A stretch of 63,833 nucleotides of DNA, filler included, from Squatina squatina (lineage: Eukaryota): assembly GCA_031763465.1 (NCBI GenBank). It is 4 parts of 4 records of this genome, joined end to end, with 100 filler letters (N's around TTAATTAATTAA, not from the genome) between each part and the next. Parts side by side here need not be neighbours in the genome. Positions count along the whole stretch, not along the records: positions 51,204 to 63,833 come from JARFOE010000230.1; 3 more parts are not named here. The stretch is one strand, 5' to 3'. How positions within the stretch are numbered: position 1 is the stretch's first letter; each line of letters starts with the position of its first letter. The position numbers and the translations under genes are program-made. This document shows positions 52,150 to 63,833 of the stretch, in pieces. Under the pieces are notes generated by a model. That model had not been told where the DNA came from. It made no database searches and saw only the letters and a program-made list of their open reading frames with translations.

Positions 52150-52919
52150 GAGGCTGAAATTACGATTGGAGGCTTCCTGCCTGCGGGTGCCTCCGATCAC
52201 AAATATCTCGACGTACTTACCTGAGGTTCCAGGAGCCACGTAAACTTGCTGTCTTCTGCCTCCATAGTTAGGCAGGCATAGCGGGCCACAGTTCTCTCCA
52301 ACATAAGTGTATCGCGTACACTGGTGGGATCACGTGGGAGGCCCTAACCAATCAGGTAGGAGTATCTCCCATTCATGCTTTTACAGCCCTCGACCATATA
52401 TAGATCTGTAGAAGTATGAATGGGAGACAGTAAAACTGCACAAGTACATCAAACAACATTTTAACAAACTACTGCAACATTAAAATTTAATAACATTAAC
52501 ATGTAATGAGATAAATAATGCAAAACATTTATTTGAAATTTTTAAAAAAGTCTTTTAAAATGTTTAAAAATACACTTACCTTAATGAAAATGGTTTTTAA
52601 GTAATGTACCAGTAATTCAATTTATTTTTATGTTTTTAAAAACTCTTATGCTGGTAAAACCAAGCCTGTGCGCTTGCTTTTACCATGCGTAAAAATTTAA
52701 AGAGATTTCTACGGGCGAGAATTGAGCAAATAGCGCAACTCTCCGTCCTGGAAACCTCTTTTCTTGTCCAGGCACTGGATCTGTCAAGCCAATTCTTGAC
52801 AGATCACAACTGCCGGGTGTAGGCACATGGGCTTTGCATGGATACCCCCGGCAGTTGTGAGGCCTCCGTGGGCACGTGCGCACTTCGTACACAGTCCTGG
52901 AGGTCGCAAATTCTGCCCC
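52150..52919. mobile_element. 770-bp non-autonomous TIR element (PIF/Harbinger-like MITE)
   Basis: Left end gaggctgaaattacga versus reverse complement of right end ggggcagaatttgcga (12/16). GC-rich arms, AT-rich core, AT-rich flanks. Confidence 0.7.
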
Positions 52920-55187
52920 AATATACCGAAGCTGTGCAGAGAATGTATGTGATGGTTAAAAAAAACGGAAGAGTTCTGCGTAGGTTACATACTGAAGCCA
53001 TATGTGTTGCAATTAACCTTACAAAATTTTTAAGATGCTCAAACATAATAATGGGTGAAAGCATCTGGAAATGACAGGGAGCTGCTAGGACATGCAATTA
53101 TGTTTCAGCGAACCCAAAAATGACTTTCAGTCACATTTAATTAGTTGCGAATACAGTCGTAACTCATTCAGGCCACAGCAATAAAGAGGTTTTAGGTTTC
53201 TCTGTGTTCTGTGAAATTTATCCTGGCAAATTATGATCTAACCTTGAGTTATTCCAGGAAACTGCTGACTTATGGGGCGCTCTGGACCAATAAGACCAGC
53301 ATCACGCCTGCAATCCTTATACACTAATATACGGAGACCACCAAAAGAGAAAGATTGGAAAGGCTGAGGAGAATATTAGCATACAGGGCAATAAAAAGCC
53401 TTTCAAAAGGCACATTAGTAGCACAAGGATTGTCAAGGTCGGGATACACTGCTAAGAGATGAAGGAGGGGGGATCCCAGCCATCAGTGAATCGCACTCCC
53501 AGCCTGGATGCCACNNNNNNNNNNNNNNNNNNNNNNNNNNNNNNNNNNNNNNNNNNNNNNNNNNNNNNNNNNNNNNNNNNNNNNNNNNNNNNNNNNNNNN
53601 NNNNNNNNNNNNNNCTCAGATCCATTTAAAATTGCATTGTTGGGTTTTAGAAATTTCCCGACAGACCCTTTTAACAATCAAACTGACATATTTTCTTCTG
53701 TTTACTAAGCTACATATTAAAATCTTACATCTCTGTGCATTTCCTGTCCACAAAAGCAGGCTCTTTTCACACTTTTACACCTAAAAGACACTGAGGGTGA
53801 AATTCAACCATGATGTGCATCTTAGGAGATATATTTTTTAACCACAATTTTTCTCACCAGATCTATGCCAGTGTGCGGCCCCTTGCAAAATTCAATCTTG
53901 TACTCTCTGTCTTGTTCCATTTGGAATCAACACTGATGTAAACAAGACCCATACCTCCAGGCCCCGGTATATGCACAGGAACAGACAGCTGCTTTCACTA
54001 CTCAATAAATGTCATTTAAATCAGACAGTCTGTTCTTTTTTTCCTCTCTCTCTCTGTTTCCCTAAAGCAATCTTTTTTGGGGTAGAAAAATAATAAGCTC
54101 TATACCTGCCACACTGTCTCTGAACATTCTCAGTTACAGTTTCTCAAAGTATTCACTGTGAAAAGAGTTATTTCTGTTGACCCAGTGTCGCTGTAGCTAG
54201 GAATGTTGGGAAAGTTTACCTGCATTACTGAAGCAAAGTTATTTCTGAAAGCCCATAGCCTAATTTCCTTTATTGAATCAGCCAACATTCAATCAACAGA
54301 CATTTCACCAGAGCCCAATTACCCTCATTTCAGTCTTCATAACCCAACATCAGGTTTAGTTAAAGTAATTTAGCTTTTCATCATGCTGACCAGCAATTAG
54401 CAGCTTGTCATTGCGAAGAATGACTATGGCTCAGGAATGATTTACAAGGACTGACATCCCATAAATGAGCAGCTTCATGTGCCGGAATGTAGCTGAAAGC
54501 AATAAAATCTTATGGTGGGAGAATAGGACTGGTTGTACATTGATAAGTGCTGTGAGCTCCGAGCAAAAGATAAAATGTTGCCCTGTGGCTTTTGAATTAC
54601 AACTAGTTGATATCTTGTGGTTGCTCATGGACAAAGGTAAAAGGAAAATGTAACACTCTTCCTGTAACTGATTTTGTGATGTGCCTCCCACTCCCTTGNN
54701 NNNNNNNNNNNNNNNNNNNNNNNNNNNNNNNNNNNNNNNNNNNNNNNNNNNNNNNNNNNNNNNNNNNNNNNNNNNNNNNNNNNNNNNNNNNNNNNNNNNN
54801 NNNNNNNNNNNNNNNNNNNNNNNNNNNNNNNNNNNNNNNNNNNNNNNNNNNNNNNNNNNNNNNNNNNNNNNNNNNNNNNNNNNNNNNNNNNNNNNNNNNN
54901 NNNNNNNNNNNNNNNNNNNNNNNNNNNNNNNNNNNNNNNNNNNNNNNNNNNNNNNNNNNNNNNNNNNNNNNNNNNNNNNNNNNNNNNNNNNNNNNNNNNN
55001 NNNNNNNNNNNNNNNNNNNNNNNNNNNNNNNNNNNNNNNNNNNNNNCTGACCCAGCGCCCAGCTGACGCCGGCACACGAAGTAGTCAAATTGTTTAACAT
55101 AGACCCGGGATGCCACCAGCGGGCATAACTCCACTTACACTCGTTTGGCACCCATTTCACGCTGGCGCAACCTGTCCAACTGGGGCC

Positions 55188-55765
55188 CCATAGAACCTTG
55201 GTTAGACACACATGGAGTACTGTGAACAGTTCTCGGCTCCGTATTACGAAAAGGATATAGAGGCACTGGAGGAGGTGCAAAAAAGATTTACAAGGATGAC
55301 AGCAGAACTGAGAGGTTATATGTATTCTGAATGACTGAACATGCTGGGGCTCTAGAAAAGAGAAGGTTGTGGGATGATCTAATAGAGATCTTTAAAATTA
55401 TGAAGGGGTTTGATAGGGTAGATGTACAGAAGATGTTACCACTTGTGGGCAGTCCAAAGCTAGGGGTCATAAACAGAAGATATTCACTAATAAATCCAGT
55501 AGAAAATTCAGGAGAAACTTCATTACCCAAAGAGTGGTTCGAATGTGGAACTCGCTACCACAAGGACTGGTTGAGGCAAATAGCACAGATGCATTTAAGG
55601 GGAAGATGGATAAACATATGAGGGAGAGGGGAATAGAAGGTTAAGCTGATAGGGTTAGGTGAAGAGGGGTGGGAGGAGTCTCATGTGGAGCATAAACACC
55701 AACATGGACCAGTTGGGCCAAATGACCTGTTTCTGTGCTGCATATTCTATGTAATCCTATGTAAG
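55188..55765 (+). mobile_element. CR1 LINE 3' end (degenerate ORF2 C-terminus, 3' UTR and tail)
   Basis: KDIEALEEVQKRFTRM, LEKRRLWDDLIEIFKIMKGFDRVD, ending ttctatgtaatcctatgtaa. Confidence 0.92.
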
Positions 55766-58700
55766 ATGCACAGGTATATGGGAGATTCCAAGAGAGAAAG
55801 CCATTGTGGCACTAAAGGCTACAGCATCAAAATTGACAGAAAGGTTCCTGAACACCAAAGTGACAATAGGAGAAAAAAACATGAAAAATGGTTGAGGGAT
55901 TGCCAGGAAAAATGTGCAAGTAACTTCTCATCTCTATGTGTAGCTCAATCCTCAGCAAACCTAGATAACCATCTGGGTGGATAGTTGACTCGTTCAACCT
56001 AGCAAGAATGACAGGAATTTTATGGATATCTAAACAATACAATCGGGCGTCATTGCAACATTCAATAAAATATTCCTGCGTCCATCAGTTCCCTCACTGA
56101 AAATTCCTACAGCGTGCAAAACAGGCACGGATCCAACAGAACAGATTCCAACCAATATTTTCAGATCAGTAACACCATCTGCATGCCCGAAAACCAGGAG
56201 TTAGCAATTAGAAAATGTATCCTTGTATCTCTCAGGGGCACAATAGGGAATCTTATTACCTGGCGCCGGCCATGCATTTTTAAAAAGTTCTGGTATTACT
56301 ATAATTTTTAAAGATTTTACCAGTGCCAACACTTATATCTATGTCCATGTGTATGTTGTGTGTGTGTAGAATGCCTGCTTCTCATGAACTTCAGTTCTTC
56401 ATAAGGATTGAAAGCAGTCAACGTACAATAGGTTTTCCAGGACATCACTCATGGTGATACAACTCACACACCACAGGAAAATTGCATGCAACGAGTTTCC
56501 ATNNNNNNNNNNNNNNNNNNNNNNNNNNNNNNNNNNNNNNNNNNNNNNNNNNNNNNNNNNNNNNNNNNNNNNNNNNNNNNNNNNNNNNNNNNNNNNNNNN
56601 NNACTGTTATTCGGGTGCCTAAGTTTCAAACGCAGTGCAACCCAATTGGGGGCCCTAGTGAATTGCCACATTGCATTGGCACACCCTTCTTTTACCTGCT
56701 GTATCTAGACCTGTTTTTAAATCCAAACTAGACTGGAGGGATGAAAGTCTCCCGTCTCTCTCTCTCTCTCTCTCCCTCACTTCTGAAAGGGTCGTAGGTG
56801 AAATGATTATGGGTTCCTATTGGGTGGGGGCCCCGTGGTACAAAACTGTCTCTAATTCAGCACAAATTGGTGTTAGATTGGCGATGTCACTCAGGGAAGC
56901 CATAAAGGTGTCCGATGGGGAAATAGAAATATCACACTGATTGGAGTAAAGGTCACATAACATGGGTCAATAGTAACCATAATATGACCCGAGGGTCACT
57001 TGTGGCCACCTGACCTCTCACCTGTGCCCTCATGAGATCTGCTGCTCCATGTATGTCGGGGCTTCTGTTCGCAGGCCGAGAAATAGTGGCCCCAAAGTAT
57101 CAATGATTAACTCTGGCAAAGCTAAAAGGCAACAAAGGTGTTAATGAAGTGGGACCCGACGGTATCTGGCATCAGAAGGCTGATACTGAAGTCAGGTCAT
57201 TTATTTTTTCAGTAGCAGATTAGCTGGAAATAAATATTCGCTGTATATCACAGTGCAGTAAATTTATAACGGCAAGGAGACAGCTGAACTGTAAATCAAC
57301 AGTCAGTTAATGAAATCCAGAGAATTCATGTAGTCCAAATACAGACGGCATTTTAATGTGAATGATAGGCTGTACAATGGAATGAGAAAAAAAAACAGTC
57401 ACTATTACAGGGAATGATAAGAGAGTCACTTATTGAATATCAGGATTAACTGGGGTTAGGTAAATGTGGATTACATGCATTAGTGAGTGACCTTACAGAA
57501 CTTGGCCAGGGCTTTGGGGTCTTTGATAAACTGATCTTCTTTGTTGAAATGATTGTTTTAGCATTCCGTCGGAGGTTGATGGGATTAAATTCCCACTGGT
57601 GCTTTGAAGGATGACACCAGCGTTCCTGAGGGAGAACTCCAGCTGTCACTCCAGACCAGGCTGTAATGGATTTGCATTCTGTTATCCTCTGGTTTACATA
57701 TAAACTGATCCAGGCGGAAAGACAGGACACTTGTTAGCCTGAAATCACCTTTTAAACTACACGTTTCGAAACTTAAATTACTTTTTCACAGGAATATACT
57801 TCACAACCTTAAATTACTTCTCAGTAAATACGTCATTCCCTTATGCAACCTTTCTTTGGATAAAAGCCTTGCAACAAAATGCTTTTGTCCTTAACCCTCA
57901 CACCAGAACACCCTACCACTCAGATTTATAGAGAATGCCCCAGCATTAACTTGTCAAGCGNNNNNNNNNNNNNNNNNNNNNNNNNNNNNNNNNNNNNNNN
58001 NNNNNNNNNNNNNNNNNNNNNNNNNNNNNNNNNNNNNNNNNNNNNNNNNNNNNNNNNNNNCTGTCGGCCAAATGACATTTAGATGTGATTGGTTTACATT
58101 GACAGCCAATGGTGTGGGGGATCAATACCACCTAATCAGCAGAGGCATGCATGGACTGTTCCAATTAGGCAAATAGAGCTGTAGGTGATCTATTAGCCCT
58201 GACAGCCTGTCAGAAAGCAAGACACATGTGCTAAGGAGAGAGACTGACAAGAGTTCTTTCTGCCTGACTGCATCACTAATGAGAGCGGTCAAACAAAATG
58301 GACTCCCATTGACAATGCCTTCCAGAGGAGGCCATCTCCAATTACTGTAGAATCTTTATTAGCTTCTACAGATGGAAGCTTGTGGCTGTCTTTATCAGAG
58401 AATAGAAAGGGAATTGCAGCACTGGGCAACAGAATGAAAGCCTGATACAATGCGTATTTTCTGCCCTGTAAAAAGTAATTTTAAGAAAGGAGGCCTCTTG
58501 CAAGGAGCGAGAATATTGAAACTCAGATTTTAGGAAACAAAAGTTGACATTGAAGCTGCAGAACCCCACCTGGAATTATCACCTTTTTAAACTAAGGCCC
58601 TCCCATTTAGACTAGTTAAAAACATCCATCATATTATGGGACGATTAATCTCAACATTGCAACTGGCTAAAACAGCAGAATAAAACTAGCTCAGAACAGC

Positions 58701-60612
58701 CCATTAGAATCAATTGATCGTCCCCTCCGTGCTGCTCCATGCTAATGCTCTTTTCATGTTGCCGGCGAGTCAAAAGGTCACCATAGTTTAATAGTACACA
58801 TTTGTATCAACTCATTAATATACAGCACGCAGTCCTGAACAGGAGAGAGTAAAGCGAGTATCCCTTTATTGGGCGAGCATATAAACCATTTAAATAAAAA
58901 GTAATCTCATAACAGTAACAATATACTTACAAGATATGTGTATTGTAACAGTGCTTCTTTGAGGACTTGGTCAAAACAGTCGCTAGATTGGTGAATACCT
59001 TGACACCTTNNNNNNNNNNNNNNNNNNNNNNNNNNNNNNNNNNNNNNNNNNNNNNNNNNNNNNNNNNNNNNNNNNNNNNNNNNNNNNNNNNNNNNNNNNN
59101 NNNNNNNNNGAGCTTTAAAATTGAAGTTGTATCTGTGGTTACTGCCCCTCTCTGAAGAGATTTAAATCATATTCATGATGTGAAACATTCTACACGGTCT
59201 GTGGAAGAACAGATTTGGTAGGCCTAATAGCCTTAAGCTCTTTATATATTTTACTGCTGGATGACTGGCTGTCATCATTTTCTTACTTCTCCTGTGTGAA
59301 TGACTCTATAACTCAATTGTCAGTGGAGGCAAATTTAACTTTCAGAAATGGGGTAAAATGGACACACATGATGCACTAAACCCAATTTGCCTTTCCGTTC
59401 CGATGGAAAAGAAAATCAAGCTGGGTGCAAAAAGGATTGCCAATTCGTTATCCCCTGTATTGTGCTACCACCCAATATGTCTTAAAATCAGACAAATTAA
59501 GATCCATGTTAATGCCATCTGCAATTCTTCTATTTGAGCCAGAACTAAGACTAAAACATTGCCATCTTTTTTTTGCTGCCAACAATTGTTTATAGTAGCT
59601 ATCCTAAAATGCTAACTGCAAAGAACTAAGCACAGTAATGCAGGAAATAGCAGTTATTTAATCAGTTAGAGCAAAGGGATAGAACTCGAATCATCAGTCT
59701 CTTTTTACTTTAAAAAAAAGTGACCCGATACATCAGACAGGGAAAGCCCACTGTGAATCGTAACATCTGCTGAGCTCTTGGGTTGTCAGCTGCATTACTG
59801 ATTGGAGATAAGGTGCTGGGTTGAAAAGAATGAGGGAAAATGATAAGAAAGGGTTATGCCCATTACTTCCTAATTGCCATACAGCAGCATTGGCAGGGTC
59901 ATGGATGCCAGCTAGGTGTCTATCCATTTTGGTTGAAAAAGGCTGCTTGAATGTAGGAGATAGTTAGGAAGAGAAAAAAATTAAGCCTGTATATATGCAA
60001 TTCTTGTTGAATCTGGAATCTCTATCTTTTATTGCTTGAACCTTGCCATATTTACTTTGCTAGATGACAGTAGATCTAATCTATGTGCTGAAATGTTCCT
60101 CGAGTTAACTTTTAGCTTTCGGTTTTGGTAACTTACATGTCATCCAGTTTTTCTGATCTAGTACAACAAAACCTCTCCACATCCATCCCAAGATTTGCTA
60201 CGTGATTTTAAAAAATTCAGATTGTACCTCCCTTCAGTGTTCCTTCAGCCTCTCTTTGTAACTCATCAATTTAAGACCTAGTTTCATTCTCATTGACCTT
60301 TAAGCTGTGACACATGACTCTCAAGATGAAATTCTGATCCAACAGACTGGGATTAGTGAGGCTCATGTATTAAACCCTGGGCTTGCAGTAAGTCAAGTGG
60401 CATTGATTCGAGTCAGAAGCCATAAGTATCTAAATGTTGAAACCACTCTCATCCAATGAAAAATCCCTTTAGATGAGATTATTATTGTGTACTCGGAGAG
60501 GCATTAAGGAGGCTTAAACAATGATCCAACAGTAAATAAATGTGTCATCTTCTCACTGCTGTCTTTTACAACAGTGTGACATGTCCAGTGGGCAACATAA
60601 TATACCTCAAAT

Positions 60613-60806
60613 GGGTAATTTTCCAACTTTGCACTTCCAACTGGGAACCTTGCCTACACAGGTGTATCCAAAATCCAGGCATAGGCTGCGCCCAAGTTTC
60701 TGCCCATCAACGGTCGGAAAACCATGTGCAGTGCGCACCCAAATTTCCAACATGCGCTCGCAAAAGGTGAGGTTGCCCGGCTGGAGTGTGAAGTTAAAAA
60801 ATTGCC
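60613..60806. mobile_element. Short palindromic MITE
   Basis: Ends gggtaattttccaactttgcacttcc and ggagtgtgaagttaaaaaattgcc are imperfect inverted repeats. Confidence 0.65.
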
Positions 60807-61421
60807 ACCATAATCTACGCTGCACAATCATCCTGTGCTGAACAGACATTTGAGGAAGTTCAATTATCCCAAAGTTGGTAAATCCACTGCCGATCTTGAT
60901 TTTCGTTGTTTATTTTCAGGGCCGCTGTAGGTACGACTGCATTCATTGTCCATCCACAGCTGCCCTGAAAAGGTGGTTTCCCCTATAATGCCAAAAGCTT
61001 TGCCAATAGTCAACCTATTGCATTGTCGGTGGAAGTGATTTAAGGGGGAAGAATTTCATTGATAGCTTTGTGCATGTCAAATTCTGTTTGATAACACTCC
61101 TATCAAAGGCCTTGGGTGGTTTTACTACCTTAAAGCTGCTATATAAATGAAAGTTGTTGTCGCCGTCACATGCATCTGCGAAAGGAATGAGAAGAACGAA
61201 CTTGCATTTCTGTAGTGTTTTTCACATCCTCGCGACATCCCAAGGTGGAGGAGGTGACAGCTACACTTGGTAAGGAAGAGAAAAATTAGACATTGTTCCC
61301 GCTTCTGATTGCTATCTAGTGNNNNNNNNNNNNNNNNNNNNNNNNNNNNNNNNNNNNNNNNNNNNNNNNNNNNNNNNNNNNNNNNNNNNNNNNNNNNNNN
61401 NNNNNNNNNNNNNNNNNNNNN

Positions 61422-61810
61422 CACAAAAATCTAGGCTGACACTCCAATGCTAGTACTGAGGGGGTGCCGCACTGTCGGAGGTGCCATCTTTTGGATGAGA
61501 CATTAAACCGAGGCCCCGACTACTCTCTCAGGTGGACGTAAAGGATCCCATGGCACTATTTCGAAGAAGAGCAGAGGAGTTATCCCCAGTGTCCTGGACA
61601 ATATTTATCCCTCAATCAACATCACTATCATAGATTACCTGGTCATTACCACATTGCTGTTTGTAGGAGCTTGCTGCATGCAAATTGGCTGCTGCGTTTC
61701 CTACATTACAACAGTGACTACACTTCAAAAGCAATTAATTGGCTGTAAAGTGCTTTGAGACATCTGGTGGTTGTGAAAAGCACTGTATAAATCTAAGTCT
61801 TTCTTTTTCT
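61422..61810 (+). mobile_element. Best-preserved Deu-domain SINE (SacSINE1/AmnSINE1-related), head lost in gap
   Basis: ggatgagacattaaaccgaggcccc...gtaaaggatcccatggcactatttcgaagaagagcag...gtgtcctgg matches the recalled Deu domain, followed by an L2-like tail. Confidence 0.9.
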
Positions 61811-62900
61811 TTGCAGTCGTCAGGCAGAGCTCTGTAAAAGCCCTTCCGTCAAAAGCTCTGGCCCAGCAATTCTGGTCACCCAGTTTATTTGGTTGCTCAA
61901 ACCAGTCAGTGGTTACCATTACCCAGTGAAAGTGACAGAAATCTGCACAAAAGATATTACAACGTAATTTGGGGTTCACTTACATATCAAATCAATTAAA
62001 CTGGCCTGCTGAAAATACCAGCGGAAACTTGCACAGGGCGAATGGAGAATCTCCACGCTGATGTCCAGTTGGTTTTGTTCAATATACGCCTGTTTCTCAA
62101 GCGGCAATGATCCACAAATGATTGTCCAGGCTCCTCACACAAAGGCTGCCGATGCTTATAGAACAGTAATTCAGCAAGTCAGCACCTTTCGGGGGATGAG
62201 TGGAGAAAAGAGGAGAAAATTGGAAATAAATGCTTTTTATCTTTCTGATATCATAATTTAATTTTGTGTTACTGATTCAAGATGGCACCCGATATCAATT
62301 TTATAACGTTGGATCAGAAAGGATATTGGATTTGTGATAGAGACCTGAAGGTGTATTGAATACGTATGGAGGACAGAAAATGTTGCTAAATTATTCGGGG
62401 CTATAAATTGCTGGAAGAATTCATTACCTGATGTATATTCACACAGAATGCTATCTCAGTAATACGAATGGCAAGAACAGAGGTGTTACAACATTGACAT
62501 GTTGTGATTAATTACCATAGTGGTAAAATTATTTTGTTTAGTTATTAGAGTTGTTATTGACCCTGAGATGCTCATTATCGTCCATCATGACAGGAACCCC
62601 AATTGAGAAAATGACCAGAGTGCCCTCTGGAAGGAGCTTAATGCTGTATGTGATTGAAGCACCGGAAAGACCACAGATGTTTATTGATTACATATCAATT
62701 ATATTGCACAGGCATGTGACTAAGGACGCCAGATCCTCATGTTGGTCAACCAAATTAATGCTGCTTTTAACCCTTTCACCCCGCAATGAAGTTCATTGTA
62801 ATGGTGGAAGCAAGCTGAGTCCCATGGTTCTTCCCATTCCCCCTCACCCTCATGTATGTGGTGTTCCCTTCATCTTTTCCGACACATCCCTCATCCCCAG

Positions 62901-63833
62901 AGGTGCCAGTGCCTGCAGTGGAAGGGACGCGCTCAGAGGAAGCATCAGGGAATGATGAGGAGGATGATATCACAGTAGACCTGGAGGAGGTACAACCTGA
63001 TGGGAGGAAGGAGGAGGGGGAAGAGGAGGAACCCATAGCTGGACTGAGTACTGCATCACACCTTCCACCACCATCACGTGCCAGCTCAGATACCCTCAAG
63101 TCGTGTAGTGTAGAGGTTAGGTGACGCCACAAGTCAGCATTGGGTGAAACGCAGGGATCCAGCTGGATGCAGCAGGGTACGAGGCCAAGGGAAGCTGGTG
63201 GGTCAGCAGTCCGGAGGGTGAGTTGGCCAATCAGCCTTGCTTCAGATGGGTGGGGTGTCCATCAATGAAAGGGTCTTCCAGATGCATGNNNNNNNNNNAG
63301 CATCAATGACTAGGGTGCAAAGAGTCTTGTAGAAGTGGTGAGGAGCGTGGAGGGGTCCGCCTCCCGCATTAAGCAGAGCTCCATGCAGACCTTGCAGCCT
63401 CTCATTGACAGCATGCATTCAATATTAGACTCGCAGAGAGAATGTGAGGATCAAGCTGTCATCTCATGGGTGATGTGGCATCCTCCATTGTGGCATAGGC
63501 CAAGGCAACACAACGGCTTGCTGCTGCAGTGGATGCACTCGTTGCTAGCAGACATGCTGAGGCTGCTCTCAGGTAGACTCAGCATTATGTGCTGCAAGGA
63601 GTTGCAAATGCTATGCAGGAAGTGTTAGCTGGCATCCGCGATGAGGCTGCTTCCACGCTGTCTCAGCTTGAGGCCACGTGATCACTGACTGTTGCCATTG
63701 CCACTGGGTCCATCATGGGACACTAGGGGACCTATGGTGCAGTGGCACGCCACCAGTCTGGCGTCCCTCCGACTGGTGGGGATGCTGAGGTGCTGCCCCG
63801 GGGGAGTGTCACTAACTCATCTGACCAGGACCC
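62901..63833 (+). pseudogene. Degenerate acidic/low-complexity coding remnant, probably the Myb/SANT-like accessory gene of a Harbinger transposon
   Basis: Pyrimidine tract plus ccccag| at 62900, acidic ORF (EEASGNDEEDDITVDLEE...EEEEPIAGLST), later helical ORF (MVRSVEGSASRI...), broken by stops and frame changes. The family assignment is inference. Confidence 0.4.

Overview
Eukaryotic, AT-rich vertebrate DNA, very probably a shark or other cartilaginous fish, judging from Deu-domain SacSINE1-like SINEs, HER1-type CR1 LINEs, L2, Penelope and Harbinger-type MITEs. It is a fragmented draft: many short contigs joined mostly by 100-N gaps, plus three N44-TTAATTAATTAA-N44 linkers that split it into four blocks. 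Block A (1-14133) has two TPGS2 exons (- strand) and one KIAA1328/hinderin exon (+), matching the head-to-head arrangement in human. Block B (14234-34198) has one RAPGEF2/RAPGEF6-family REM-domain exon and a putative unidentified minus-strand 3' gene end. Block C (34299-51103) has two exons of a tenomodulin/chondromodulin-family gene. Block D (51204-63833) is mostly repeats, enhancer-like sequence and a degenerate acidic ORF remnant. No prokaryotic-type system, CRISPR array, rRNA or tRNA gene was found. The best candidate novelty is the tenomodulin-like gene with chondromodulin-type features; next is the RAPGEF exon intermediate between RAPGEF2 and RAPGEF6. Protein and repeat comparisons are from memory, not database searches. 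Exon boundaries were read exactly; repeat boundaries are approximate.
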